From assembly GCA_002104905.1 (NCBI GenBank), contig MCFE01000056.1, positions 124,001 to 188,000 on the forward strand: a stretch of 64,000 nt of DNA, read 5' to 3'. Below, in pieces: positions 41,722 through 52,291 of this stretch (positions are counted from its first letter, which is position 1; every line of letters begins with the position of its first letter). The DNA comes from Basidiobolus meristosporus CBS 931.73. Its lineage: Eukaryota; Fungi; Basidiobolomycota. Under the pieces are notes generated by a model that did not search any database, was not told where the DNA came from, and worked only from the letters and a program-made list of their open reading frames with translations. The translations under genes were made by a program, and so were the position numbers.

Positions 41722-41925
41722 CTAATAATCATCGTAGTCATCCCCACCACTGCCCCCTCCATACATTCTTCTTCCGTGGCTGTGGTCGCCATAATCATAA
41801 TCACCACCACCATGACCTACTCCCTTGTAGTCGGGATCGTAAGAACGCTCAAGGACTGTAGCATTGATGACCACCGCTGCGGAGACGACAAGGAATAGCT
41901 TTACAGCGGAGAATCTCCTGTTGAA
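41722..41925 (-). pseudogene. YD-repeat array copy 1 (short, start codon lost)
   Basis: The family start ATG AAA TAC TCC reads AGG AGA TTC TCC here. The rest is VLERSYDPDYKGVGHGGG...DDY*. Confidence 0.6.
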
Positions 41926-42266
41926 ATAATGATATAAAGCAGTGGACAGTCGGGTCATTTTATAGTGCGACTGAAGTATGTAATACAGTAGTATACTTCA
42001 TCTGTATTACGAGTTTGAAATCGAGTCATAAGTTCTGGTGCCCTCGCTCTGCAATGTTATAGTAGGTTCACGCTTTTGTTTCCTTGTAGTGCTCCTGTTA
42101 TACCAACTTAGTAGGACCTAAACTTTCTGTTGTGACTAAACACTGGCACACTAGTTGGCCTGATCTTGTTGCTGGTAGAGATTTCCAACATTTAAGAAAA
42201 TATATGGAGATATTCACTCGAATGTCGTTTATTGTGTACTTGGTATCAAGAGGGTATCCAAAATCT

Positions 42267-42650
42267 CTAATAGTCGTCATAGCCATCACCACGACCACGA
42301 CCACCACCACCATGCTTCCTCCTTCCATCGTAGTCATCATCGTAGTCGTTGCCGTCGTATCTCTTTCTCCCGTGGCCGCGGCCATCGTAGTCATCATCGT
42401 AGTCGTCACCATCATGTCTCCTTCCTCGGCCACGGCCATTGCCATCGTAATCATCATCGTAGTCGCCACCTCCGCCACCACCATATCTCCTTCTTCCGTG
42501 ACCATGGCCGTCGTAGTCATCGTCGTAGTCACCGCCACCACCGTGACCTACTCCCTTGTAGTCAGGATCGTAAGAGCGCTCAAGGACTGTGGCGTTGATA
42601 GCCAACGCAGCGGAGATGACAAGGAGAAGCTTTGCAACAGAGTATTTCAT
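42267..42650 (-). CDS. YD-repeat secreted protein, array copy 2
   Basis: MKYSVAKLLLVISAALAINA-TVLERSYDPDYKGVGHGGG followed by DYDDDYDG repeats. Confidence 0.85.
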   Translation of the reverse strand: MKYSVAKLLLVISAALAINATVLERSYDPDYKGVGHGGGGDYDDDYDGHGHGRRRYGGGGGGDYDDDYDGNGRGRGRRHDGDDYDDDYDGRGHGRKRYDGNDYDDDYDGRRKHGGGGRGRGDGYDDY

Positions 42651-43098
42651 CTTGAGATGGTGATTTGAAGGAGTGGACGGCTGGTGGTATTTATAAGAAG
42701 AAACCATGCGTGAGTATTAGCACGCTCTATAGGTTTATCAGTGTTGTGGGTTTGTATACGCACATTCAAATGCAGAGTGCATACACTGCAAGCTAGCCAT
42801 GGCTTACGACAGGATCATACCTTCACTCTGCAGCGTCAGTTTGTAGATCTTCAGGTGTAGGTGTGTCCCGTGCGCCGCGTAGTACTTGCAGCATCAATAT
42901 GTGCCAGCTACGAATCAATCACTATTTTGGTCAGATCTTGTTGTTTGCCCATTTCAGCAATAAGAAGGCAAGCAGTGGTTTCAGAAATTTAAGCTCACAT
43001 GACTGCTTAATGCCTGTAAGTATTTACAACTCTGGATGTGTAATGGCGTAGCATAGTTTATTGTGAATCTGGTATCAAAAAGAATGTATCTCAAGTCT

Positions 43099-43458
43099 CT
43101 AGTAGTCGTCATAGCCATCACCACGGCCACCACCACCACCATGCCTCTTTCTCCCATCGTAGTCATCATCGTAATCATTGCCATGCTTCTTTCTTCTTCC
43201 GTGACCGTGACCATCGTAGTCATCGCCGTAGTCATCGCCATCATATCTCCTTCCTCTTCACGCATGCCATCATAGTCTCATCGTAGTCATCGTCATACTT
43301 CTTCTTCCATGGCCATTACCATCGTAGTCATCGTCGTAGTCACCGCCACCATGACCTACCCCCTTGTAGTCAGGGTCGTAGGAGCGCTCAAGGACTGTAG
43401 CGTTGATAGCCAACGCAGCGGAGACGACAAGGAGAAGCTTTGCAATGGAGTATTTCAT
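43099..43458 (-). pseudogene. YD-repeat array copy 3 (frameshifted or mis-sequenced)
   Basis: Clustered small deletions at about 43255-43310 relative to its twin, copy 8. Confidence 0.6.
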
Positions 43459-43891
43459 GCTGAGATAGTGATTTGAAGGAGAGGCCGATCGGATTTATAT
43501 ACAGGGTGGTGAGAGTAAACACAAGCAGTAGCACGCTTCACTGGTGTTGTGGATTTGTATTGCACAATAAATCTTTGTGATCGAATCATGACATGTGGTA
43601 GTCACCTCCCACAGTCTGCAGTGTTAAGGCATCGAATATTATGATCCTCTATTTAATTCAGGCACCACGTGTTACTTATAGTCACGGCGGGATACTCTAA
43701 ATGACTACAACTTATTAATATTAGCTAAGTACACCATTGGCAAATTACCAGAATTTCCTGAACTTCGTATAGTCTATTGTGGTTCTTATGCTAGCATGAA
43801 GCTAATATCATTCAAGGAATCTTGCAACTTTGTTAATTGGTGACAATCGCTGTTTATTAGATATTTGGTATCAAGAGGGTATCTAGAATCT

Positions 43892-44239
43892 CTAGTAGTC
43901 ATCATAGCCATCACCACGGCCACCACTACCACCACCATACTTCTTTCTTCCATCGTAATCGTTGCCATGCTTCTTTCTTCTTCCGTGACCGTGGCCATCG
44001 TAGTCATCACCATCGTATCTCCTTCCTCTTCCACGGCCATTGCCATCGTAGTCGTCATCGTAGTCATCGTCATACTTCTTTCTTCTTCCATGGCCATTGC
44101 CGTCGTAGTCATCGTCATAGTCACCGCCACCATGACCTACCCCCTTGTATTCAGGTTCGTAGGAGCGCTCAAGAACTGTAGCATTGATAGCCAACGCAGC
44201 GGAGATGACAAGGAGAAGCTTTGCAATGGAGTATTTCAT
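43892..44239 (-). CDS. YD-repeat secreted protein, array copy 4
   Basis: Intact ORF with the family signal peptide and repeats. Confidence 0.85.
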   Translation of the reverse strand: MKYSIAKLLLVISAALAINATVLERSYEPEYKGVGHGGGDYDDDYDGNGHGRRKKYDDDYDDDYDGNGRGRGRRYDGDDYDGHGHGRRKKHGNDYDGRKKYGGGSGGRGDGYDDY

Positions 44240-44691
44240 GCTGAGATAGTGATTTGAAGGGGGGGGGGCTGATCAGATTTATATACAGGGTGGTGAGAGT
44301 AAGCATAAGCAGTAGCACAAGCAGTAGCATGCTTCATCAGTGTTGTGGATTTGTGTTGAGCCTTGCAATCGCTTCAAGCTGCAGTGCTAAGGCATGGGGA
44401 TTGTCGGTTTGATACATGTGCCACGTGTTAATTTTGGCCACAGTGGGGTGTCAACTTGTCACAATATGCTCTACCAGGCCACAATTTGGTCTGTTTTCTT
44501 TGCTAGATAACCACACTAACAGCAAATTACCAGATATTTCCTGAACTTCGTGTTTCAGCATTCGGTACTTGACCTCTTGTGGGTTCTTATGTTGGCATGA
44601 AGCTGATATTATTAGAGGAATCTTACAACCTTGTAAATGGAGAAAATTACACTTTATTAGTTATTTGATATCAAAAGGGTATCTGGAATCA

Positions 44692-44898
44692 TTAATAGTC
44701 GTCATAGTCGCCACCCCCACCTCCGCCATATCTCCTTGTTCCGTGATCATGGGCGTCGTATTCATCGTCGTAATCACCACCACCGCCGCCATGGCCTACT
44801 CCCTTGTAGTCAGGATCGTAGGAGCACTCAAGAACTGTGGTATTGATAGCCAACACTGCGGAGATGACAAGAAGGAGCTTTGCTACAGAGTATTTCAT
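44692..44898 (-). CDS. YD-repeat secreted protein, array copy 5 (short, 68 aa)
   Basis: Intact short ORF. VLERSY is changed to VLECSY. Confidence 0.7.
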   Translation of the reverse strand: MKYSVAKLLLVISAVLAINTTVLECSYDPDYKGVGHGGGGGDYDDEYDAHDHGTRRYGGGGGGDYDDY

Positions 44899-45209
44899 CT
44901 GGAGATAGTAAATTAGAGTGACAAACCTAGTGCATATATAGGGTGATGAGAGTGAGTATATGTGATATCATGCTCTACAGTTTATGTAAGATCTAACAGG
45001 CTACAATATGGCTCTAATCATTTGTTAATCAAGCACACCATTAGCAAATTACCAAAATTCCTGAACTTTGGTATTCAAAATATAACCTGTGGTGGTTTCT
45101 TATGCTGATAGTATTGGTGTGTAATTTTATCACTTAGTAAACTGGAGATAATCAGTGCTTATTGTGTATATGGTGTCAGGAGGATATCATGAAGGTATCA
45201 AGAGAGTAT

Positions 45210-45542
45210 CTAGAATTGCTGGTAGTCGTCATAACCATCACCACGGCCGCTACCACCATACTTCTTTCTTCCATCGTAGTCGTTGCCATGCTTCTTTCTT
45301 CCGTGACCGTGGCCATCGTAGTCATCGCCATCGTATCGCCTTCTTCCACGGCCATTGCCATCGTAGTCATCACCATACTTCTTTCTTCTTCCATGGCCAT
45401 TGCTGTCATAATCATCGTCATAGTCACCACCACCATGACCCATCCCCTTGTAGTCAGGATCGTAAGAGCGCTCAAGGACAATAGCATTGATAGTCAGTGC
45501 CGTGGAGATGACAAGGAGAAGCTTTGCGATGGAATATTTCAT
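45210..45542 (-). CDS. YD-repeat secreted protein, array copy 6
   Basis: Intact ORF. The family stop is read through to give GYDDYQQF*. Confidence 0.8.
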   Translation of the reverse strand: MKYSIAKLLLVISTALTINAIVLERSYDPDYKGMGHGGGDYDDDYDSNGHGRRKKYGDDYDGNGRGRRRYDGDDYDGHGHGRKKHGNDYDGRKKYGGSGRGDGYDDYQQF

Positions 45543-45923
45543 GTTGGAAGCGTGGCAGGAAACCATATCTTTTTGTAGGGTGATGGGAGTATATACATGC
45601 AGTAGTGCGCTGTACAGTTTCATCAGTACTGTAGCTTGGTATCGAGACATGATACCGATGTCTTTACTCCGTAATTTAACTCACAACTTTGTTTACTTGA
45701 GATGCTCCTGTTATATCAACTCTTCTGTTGCGGGTCCTAACCAATCACGGGCATACTAGTTGGCCTGATCTTGTTGCTGGTAGAGATTTCCAACATATAA
45801 GCCCTGGCGAGGTATTTTATGTAAATGAGGCATTTTATGCAATTTGGGGCCAGAAAATATATGGAGATATTCACTCGAATGTCGTTTATTGTGTACTTGG
45901 TATCAAGAGGGTATCCAAAATCT

Positions 45924-46313
45924 CTAATAGTCGTCATAGCCATCACCACGACCACGACCACCACCACCATGCTTCCTCCTTCCATCGTAGTCATCATCGT
46001 AGTCATCGCCGTCGTATCTCTTTCTTCCGTGGCCGCGGCCATCGTAGTCATCGTCGTAGTCGTCACCATCACGTCTCCTTCCACGGCCACGGCCACGGCC
46101 ATTGCCATCGTAATCATCATCGTAGTCGCCACCTCCGCCACCGCCATATCTGCTTCTTCCGTGACCATGGCCGTCGTAGTCATCGTCGTAGTCACCGCCA
46201 CCACCGTGACCTACTCCCTTGTAGTCAGGATCGTAAGAGCGCTCAAGGACTGTAGCGTTGATAGCCAACGCAGCGGAGATGACAAGGAGAAGCTTTGCAA
46301 CAGAGTATTTCAT
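45924..46313 (-). CDS. YD-repeat secreted protein, array copy 7 (twin of copy 2)
   Basis: Intact ORF with flanks nearly identical to copy 2. Confidence 0.85.
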   Translation of the reverse strand: MKYSVAKLLLVISAALAINATVLERSYDPDYKGVGHGGGGDYDDDYDGHGHGRSRYGGGGGGDYDDDYDGNGRGRGRGRRRDGDDYDDDYDGRGHGRKRYDGDDYDDDYDGRRKHGGGGRGRGDGYDDY

Positions 46314-46760
46314 CTTGAGATGGTGATTTGAAGGAGTGGACGGCTGGTGGTATTTATAAGAAGAAACCATGCGTGAGTATTAGCACCCTCTATAGGTTTA
46401 TCAGTGTTGTGGGTTTGTATACGCACATTCAAATGCAGAGTGCATACACTGCAAGCTAGTCATGGCTTACGACAGGATCTACCTTCACTCTGCAGCGTCA
46501 GTTTGTAGATCTTCAGGTGTAGGTGTGTCCCGTGCGCCGCGTAGTACTTGCAGCATCAATATGTGCCAGCTACGAATCAATCACTATTTTGGTCAGATCT
46601 TGTTGTTTGCCCATTTCAGCAATAAGAAGGCAAGCAGTGGTTTCAGAAATTTAAGCTCACATGGCTGCTTAATGCCTGTAAGTATTTACAACTCTGGATG
46701 TGTAATGGCGTAGCATAGTTTATTGTGTATCTGGTATCAAAAAGAATGTATCTCAAGTCT

Positions 46761-47129
46761 CTAGTAGTCGTCATAGCCATCACCACGGCCACCACCACCA
46801 CCATGCCTCTTTCTCCCATCGTAGTCATCATCGTAATCATTGCCATACTTCTTTCTTCTTCCGTGACCGTGGCCATCGTAGTCATCGTCGTAGTCATCGC
46901 CACCATATCTCCTTCCTCTTCCACGGCCATTGCCATCGTAGTCGTCATCGTAGTCATCGTCATACTTCTTTCTTCTTCCATGGCCATTACCGTCGTAGTC
47001 ATCGTCGTAGTCACTACCACCATGACCTACCCCCTTGTAGTCAGGATCATAAGAGCGCTCAAGGACTGTTGCGTTGATAGCCAATGCAGCGGAGATGACA
47101 AGGAGAAGCTTTGCAATGGAGTATTTCAT
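46761..47129 (-). CDS. YD-repeat secreted protein, array copy 8 (twin of copy 3)
   Basis: Intact 122 aa ORF. Confidence 0.85.
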   Translation of the reverse strand: MKYSIAKLLLVISAALAINATVLERSYDPDYKGVGHGGSDYDDDYDGNGHGRRKKYDDDYDDDYDGNGRGRGRRYGGDDYDDDYDGHGHGRRKKYGNDYDDDYDGRKRHGGGGGRGDGYDDY

Positions 47130-47652
47130 GCTGAGATAGTGATTTGAAGGAGAGACCGATCAGATTTATATATAGGGTGGTGAGAGTAAGCATATGTAGC
47201 AGCATGCATATAGCTTTCGACGCGTTCGCCTTGCATTCATACGATAAGACTTGGATTAAATGCTAAGCTGGGTAAATCAATATGATGCAGGCTTGTTTGT
47301 AGGTTCATCATCTTGTTAGCTTTCCCACAATTCGATATTTTGGGCGCAATGGTTGCTTATTGAGTGCTTGTGGGCTCTAATGATCGACATATCTATCACA
47401 CCGACCCTTGATCGTTGAAAAGGCACAGTGTCTGAAGTGTGAAGTAATTTTGCTTGTGGATGTCAAGCAATGGATATAATATCAGCCTTCTGCTCTCATA
47501 AATCCCGTAACTAAGCACTGTATTGAGCGGGCTATTTTTTCGAGGTTCAAGTAGCTGCAGCCTATCATATCTATAAATATATACACCCGTCAACGTATTG
47601 TAAGTAAACATCGTTTATTGTGTACTTGGTAACAAGAGGGTATCTAGAATTT

Positions 47653-48009
47653 CTAATAGTCGTCATAACCATCACCACGGCCACCACCATACTTCTTTCT
47701 TCCATGTCCATTGCCATCATAGTCATACTTCTTTCTTCTCCCGTGACCGTGACCATCGTAATCATCCTCGTAGTCATCTCCATCGTATCTCCTTCTTCCA
47801 CGACCATTACCGTCATAATCGTCATCGTAGTCGTTGCCATACTTCTTTCTTCTTCCATGACCATTGCCGTCATAATCATCGTCATAGTCACCGCCATCAC
47901 CATGACCTACCCCCTTGTAGTCAGGATCGTAAGAGCGCTCAAGGACTGAAGCATTGATGGCCAACGCAGCGGAGATGACAAGGAGAAGCTTTGCAATGGA
48001 GTATTTCAT
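47653..48009 (-). CDS. YD-repeat secreted protein, array copy 9
   Basis: Intact ORF from MKYSIAK. Confidence 0.85.
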   Translation of the reverse strand: MKYSIAKLLLVISAALAINASVLERSYDPDYKGVGHGDGGDYDDDYDGNGHGRRKKYGNDYDDDYDGNGRGRRRYDGDDYEDDYDGHGHGRRKKYDYDGNGHGRKKYGGGRGDGYDDY

Positions 48010-48315
48010 CTTGAGATGGTGATTTGAAGGAGTGAACGACTGGATGTATTTATAGGATAATGAGAGTAGACGCATGCAGTAGCACACTTTATCAGTGTTG
48101 TTGATTTGTATCGGTGGACTGCACAGCGCTAACAGTGATGTGTGATCTCATCTTATGAGGTAGTTGATTTATGCCAAAACTTGCGTTCAACATGTGATCG
48201 GATTTGATTAATATGTCAACTATGGTTACCGCTATTCCCATGTTTAATGGCTCAATCACGTAGAATCGATCAAAGGAGATAGTGTTGTGCCCTGAGCTGA
48301 AGTTTGGAGAGTGAA

Positions 48316-48388
48316 GGGGCGTTGGCCTAATGGATAAGGCATCAGACTTCGGATCTGGGGATTGTGGGTTCGAGTCCCATGCGCCTCG
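48316..48388 (+). tRNA. tRNA-Arg(UCG), copy 1
   Basis: 73-nt cloverleaf GGGGCGT...GCGCCTCG with anticodon loop CT-TCG-GA and T-loop TTCGAGT. Confidence 0.95.
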
Positions 48389-48625
48389 TTTTAGTATTTC
48401 AGCACCTCGATCCAGATTGGGTCAATCGCACTTTTTCTAACACTTCACCATGTTCGCCATTTCGGTGATTATCGGATGATTTGGATCAACTTCCAACACT
48501 TAAGCTGCCATTTTATGCTTTGCTAACGTCGCGTTGATAACCTTATAAATGGATACACCTCTCAACATACCATGTGTAAATATCAGTTTATTGAGTATCT
48601 GGTATCAAAAAGGTATCTCAAGTCT

Positions 48626-48991
48626 CTAGTAGTCTTCATAGCCATCACCACGACCACCACCACCATGCCTCTTTCTCCCATCGTAGTCATCATCGTAATC
48701 ATTGCCATGCTTCTTTCTTCTTCCATGACCGTGGCCATCGTAATCGTCGTCGTAGTCATCACCATTATATCTCCTTCTTCTTCCACCGCCATTGCCATCG
48801 TAGTCGTCGTCATAGTCATCACCATATTTCTTTCCTCTTCCATGGCCATTGCCGTCATAATCATCATCGTAGTCACCACCGCCATGACCTACCCCCTTGT
48901 AGTCAGGGTCGTAGGAACGCTCAAGGACTGTAGCATTGATAGCCAACGCAGCAGAGATGACAAGGAGAAGCTTTGCAACGGAGTATTTCAT
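48626..48991 (-). CDS. YD-repeat secreted protein, array copy 10
   Basis: Intact ORF from MKYSVAK. Confidence 0.85.
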   Translation of the reverse strand: MKYSVAKLLLVISAALAINATVLERSYDPDYKGVGHGGGDYDDDYDGNGHGRGKKYGDDYDDDYDGNGGGRRRRYNGDDYDDDYDGHGHGRRKKHGNDYDDDYDGRKRHGGGGRGDGYEDY

Positions 48992-49549
48992 CTTGAGATA
49001 GTGATTTGAAGGAGTAGCTGACCGAATGTATTTATAGGATAATGAGGGTAGACGCATGCAATAGCACACATTATCAGTTTTGTCGATTTGTATCGGTGAG
49101 CTGCACGGCACTAACATTGATGTGGGATCCCTTCTTATGAAGGAGTTGATTTATGCCAATACTTGCGTTTAACATGTGTTCAGATTCGAAGGATACGTCG
49201 AATAGGGTTACTACTATATCTCCAGATTTTGGTCCAACACGGTATTGGATTTTAAGTAGGTTCATAGAATTGCTAAAGAAGGGTAGTCTTCTACCCTGAG
49301 CTGGACTTTGAAGTGTTATGAAATCCAGGCCAGTTCCCGTCCTTCTGTTTGGTGTAACAAGGTCTGTCCTTTATTTTAGCGTAGGATCTACTTTTTATAC
49401 ATTTCTCGATCATTTGCATACAACTTGTCTTACTTTAGCCCATCAGTCTTTGATCATTTTTGATGATTTTTGGTGTTGACGCATCTCTATATGCGACAAC
49501 TTGCTGCCTGTTCTGGTCGGGATTCAGACTTTCATAACAGAAGAGTGAG

Positions 49550-49622
49550 GGGGCGTTGGCCTAATGGATAAGGCATCAGACTTCGGATCTGGGGATTGTG
49601 GGTTCGAGTCCCATGCGCCTCG
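49550..49622 (+). tRNA. tRNA-Arg(UCG), copy 2
   Basis: Identical 73-nt cloverleaf. Confidence 0.95.
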
Positions 49623-50284
49623 TATTTTGTGCTTCATCGTTAGATGTCTCGAACTAGAGCCATAATAGCATTTAGCTCTGCAAATATTTTCACAGTTTAG
49701 ACATTTAGCAACTGCTAAAGCAATTGCAACAAAATTATAGACATCACATACTGCTACTCTGTGCTCGTAGCAGGATGAGGCCAGAGGAACCCACCACTGG
49801 TTTTGGGCAATTTAATTGCAATCTCACCAGTAAATCCATTTTTCCGTTGTCGTTAACATACTTCTTCCTTTCCAGATTGTTCGAAGAGTAATAAAATCCT
49901 CGAAATGCCCTAGCCCATGCCGATGTGTCCGTACAAAGTAGAACCGGAGGATTTCTATACAGCACATCGGTGTTATGATTCGCATTTGATAGAGTAGCAT
50001 AGTGTTTTGATGTCTGCAGTTGTATTATATATGAAACTAGCAGTAATCATCATCAGTGTCCTTGAAATGCTCGTGCTCATGTCCTTTCATTTACTTCGTA
50101 TTAGCGTGACTATTAAAAACAAGTGAATTACCTAGTGAACAAGAAAAAATATAGCAGAGCACCTGCATTTGTAGGAAATATAATATATTCTCTGTTTAGG
50201 AAGTAATAATTCTTTGTGAAAGTACTGTTTATTAAGTTGTATAACGAGGTTAAGTCTTTGGTATCCAGAGGGTATCTTAAGTCT

Positions 50285-50665
50285 CTAATAGTCGTCGTAG
50301 TCATCACCATGGCCACGGCCACCACTATACTTCCTTCTTCCATGGCCATTGCCATCACCATCATAGTCATTATCGTAATCATTGCCATACTTCTTTCTTT
50401 TTCCGTGACCGTGGCCATCGTAGTCATCTCCATCATATCTCCTTCTTCCACGGCCATTACCATCGTAATCATCGTCGTAGTTGCCACCTCCACCGCCGCC
50501 ATATCTCCTTCCGTGACCATTGCCGTCATAATCATCGTCATAGTCACCGCCACCACCATGACCTACCCCCTTGTAGTCAGGATCGTAAGAGCGCTCAAGG
50601 ACTGAAGCATTGATGGCCAACGCAGCAGAGATGACAAGGAGAAGCTTTGCAATGGAGTATTTCAT
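50285..50665 (-). CDS. YD-repeat secreted protein, array copy 11
   Basis: Intact ORF. The upstream flank is nearly identical to that of copy 9. Confidence 0.85.
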   Translation of the reverse strand: MKYSIAKLLLVISAALAINASVLERSYDPDYKGVGHGGGGDYDDDYDGNGHGRRYGGGGGGNYDDDYDGNGRGRRRYDGDDYDGHGHGKRKKYGNDYDNDYDGDGNGHGRRKYSGGRGHGDDYDDY

Positions 50666-50971
50666 CTTGAGATGGTGATTTGAAGGCGTGAACGACTGGA
50701 TGCATTTATAGGATAATGAGAGTAGACGCATGTAGTAGCACACTTTATCAGTGTTGTTGATTTGTATCGGTGGACTGCACAGCGCTAACAGTGATGTGTG
50801 ATCTCATCTTATGAGGTAGTTGATTTATGCCAAAACTTGCGTTCAACATGTGATCGGATTTGATTGATATGTCAACTATGGTTACCACTATTTCCATGCT
50901 TAATGGCTTAATCACGTAGAATCGATCAAAGGAGATAGTGTTGTGCCCTGAGCTGAAGTTTGGAGAGTGAA

Positions 50972-51044
50972 GGGGCGTTGGCCTAATGGATAAGGCATCA
51001 GACTTCGGATCTGGGGATTGTGGGTTCGAGTCCCATGCGCCTCG
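50972..51044 (+). tRNA. tRNA-Arg(UCG), copy 3
   Basis: Identical 73-nt cloverleaf. Confidence 0.95.
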
Positions 51045-51281
51045 TTTTAGTATTTCAGCACCTCGATCCAGATTGGGTCAATCGCACTTTTTCTAACACT
51101 TCACCATGTTCGCCATTTCGGTGATTATCGGATGATTTGGATCAACTTCCAACATTTAAGCTGCCATTTTATGCTTTGCTAACGTTGCGTTGATAGCCTT
51201 GTAAATAGATAAACCTCTCAACATACCATGTGTAAATATCAGTTTATTGAGTATCTGGTATCAAAAAGGTATCTCAAGTCT

Positions 51282-51662
51282 CTAATAATCGTCATAACCA
51301 TCACCTCGGCCGCCGCCACCACGACCACCATACTTCTTTCTTCCATTACCATCGTAGTCATCATCGTAATCATTGTCATACTTCTTTCTCTTTCCGTGAC
51401 CGTGGCCATCGTAGTCATCGTCGTAGTCATTGCCGTCATATCTACTTCCTCTTCCGCGACCATTGCCATCGTAGTCGTCGTCATAGTCATCGCCGTACTT
51501 CTTTCTTCTTCCGTGACCGTGGCCATCATAGTCATCATCATAGTCACCGCCACCATGACCTACCCCCTTGTAGTCAGGATCGTAAGAGCGCTCAAGAACT
51601 GTAGCATTGATAGCTAGCGCAGCGGAGATGACAAGGAGAAGCTTTGCAATGGAGTATTTCAT
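51282..51662 (-). CDS. YD-repeat secreted protein, array copy 12
   Basis: Intact ORF from MKYSIAK. Confidence 0.85.
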   Translation of the reverse strand: MKYSIAKLLLVISAALAINATVLERSYDPDYKGVGHGGGDYDDDYDGHGHGRRKKYGDDYDDDYDGNGRGRGSRYDGNDYDDDYDGHGHGKRKKYDNDYDDDYDGNGRKKYGGRGGGGRGDGYDDY

Positions 51663-51984
51663 GCTGAGATAGTGATTTGAAGGAGGGCCGATCAGATTTA
51701 TATACAGGGTGGTGAGAGTAAGCATAAGCAGTAGCACAAGCAGTAGCATGCTTCATCAGTGTTGGCGATTTGTATTGATGATTTAAGCTGCACAGCACTA
51801 ACATTGATGTATGCTCCCATCTTGTGATAGAATCAACTTGTGTCAACATTTGCGTTCAACATGTGTTCGGATGTGATTGATATGCCAACTATGGCTACCG
51901 CTGTTTCCATACTTAATGGCTCAGCCATATAGAATTGATAAAAAGAGAGAGCAGTTTACCCTGAGCTACACATTTGAGAGTGAA

Positions 51985-52057
51985 GGGGCGTTGGCCTAAT
52001 GGATAAGGCATCAGACTTCGGATCTGGGGATTGTGGGTTCGAGTCCCATGCGCCTCG
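51985..52057 (+). tRNA. tRNA-Arg(UCG), copy 4
   Basis: Identical 73-nt cloverleaf. Confidence 0.95.
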
Positions 52058-52291
52058 TTTTTGTAATTTCAACTCCATAATCGAAATGGAGTCAGTAACA
52101 CTGTTTGAATTATTCGCCAAGGTCACCATTTCGAAGTAAATCAAACAATTTGGATATTTCAATTTCCAACTTGAAAGTTTTAGCGTTACATTTTGATACC
52201 CTTGTAGGTAGCCACAATTCTGAACATGTCATGTGTAAATGTTGGTTTATTGTGTATTTGGTATTTGGTACCAAGAAGGTATCTCAAGTCT

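Noticed and set aside
43255-43310. Frameshift in array copy 3 as a functional variant
   Set aside because: Clustered small deletions relative to twin copy 8 look like local consensus error or simple decay.
48316-52057. Idea that the tRNA-Arg(UCG) copies supply Arg for the Arg-rich array proteins
   Set aside because: The array Arg codons I read are mostly AGA/AGG, which UCG does not decode.
51956-52162. 68-aa minus-strand ORF
   Set aside because: It is the antisense reading of tRNA-Arg copy 4.
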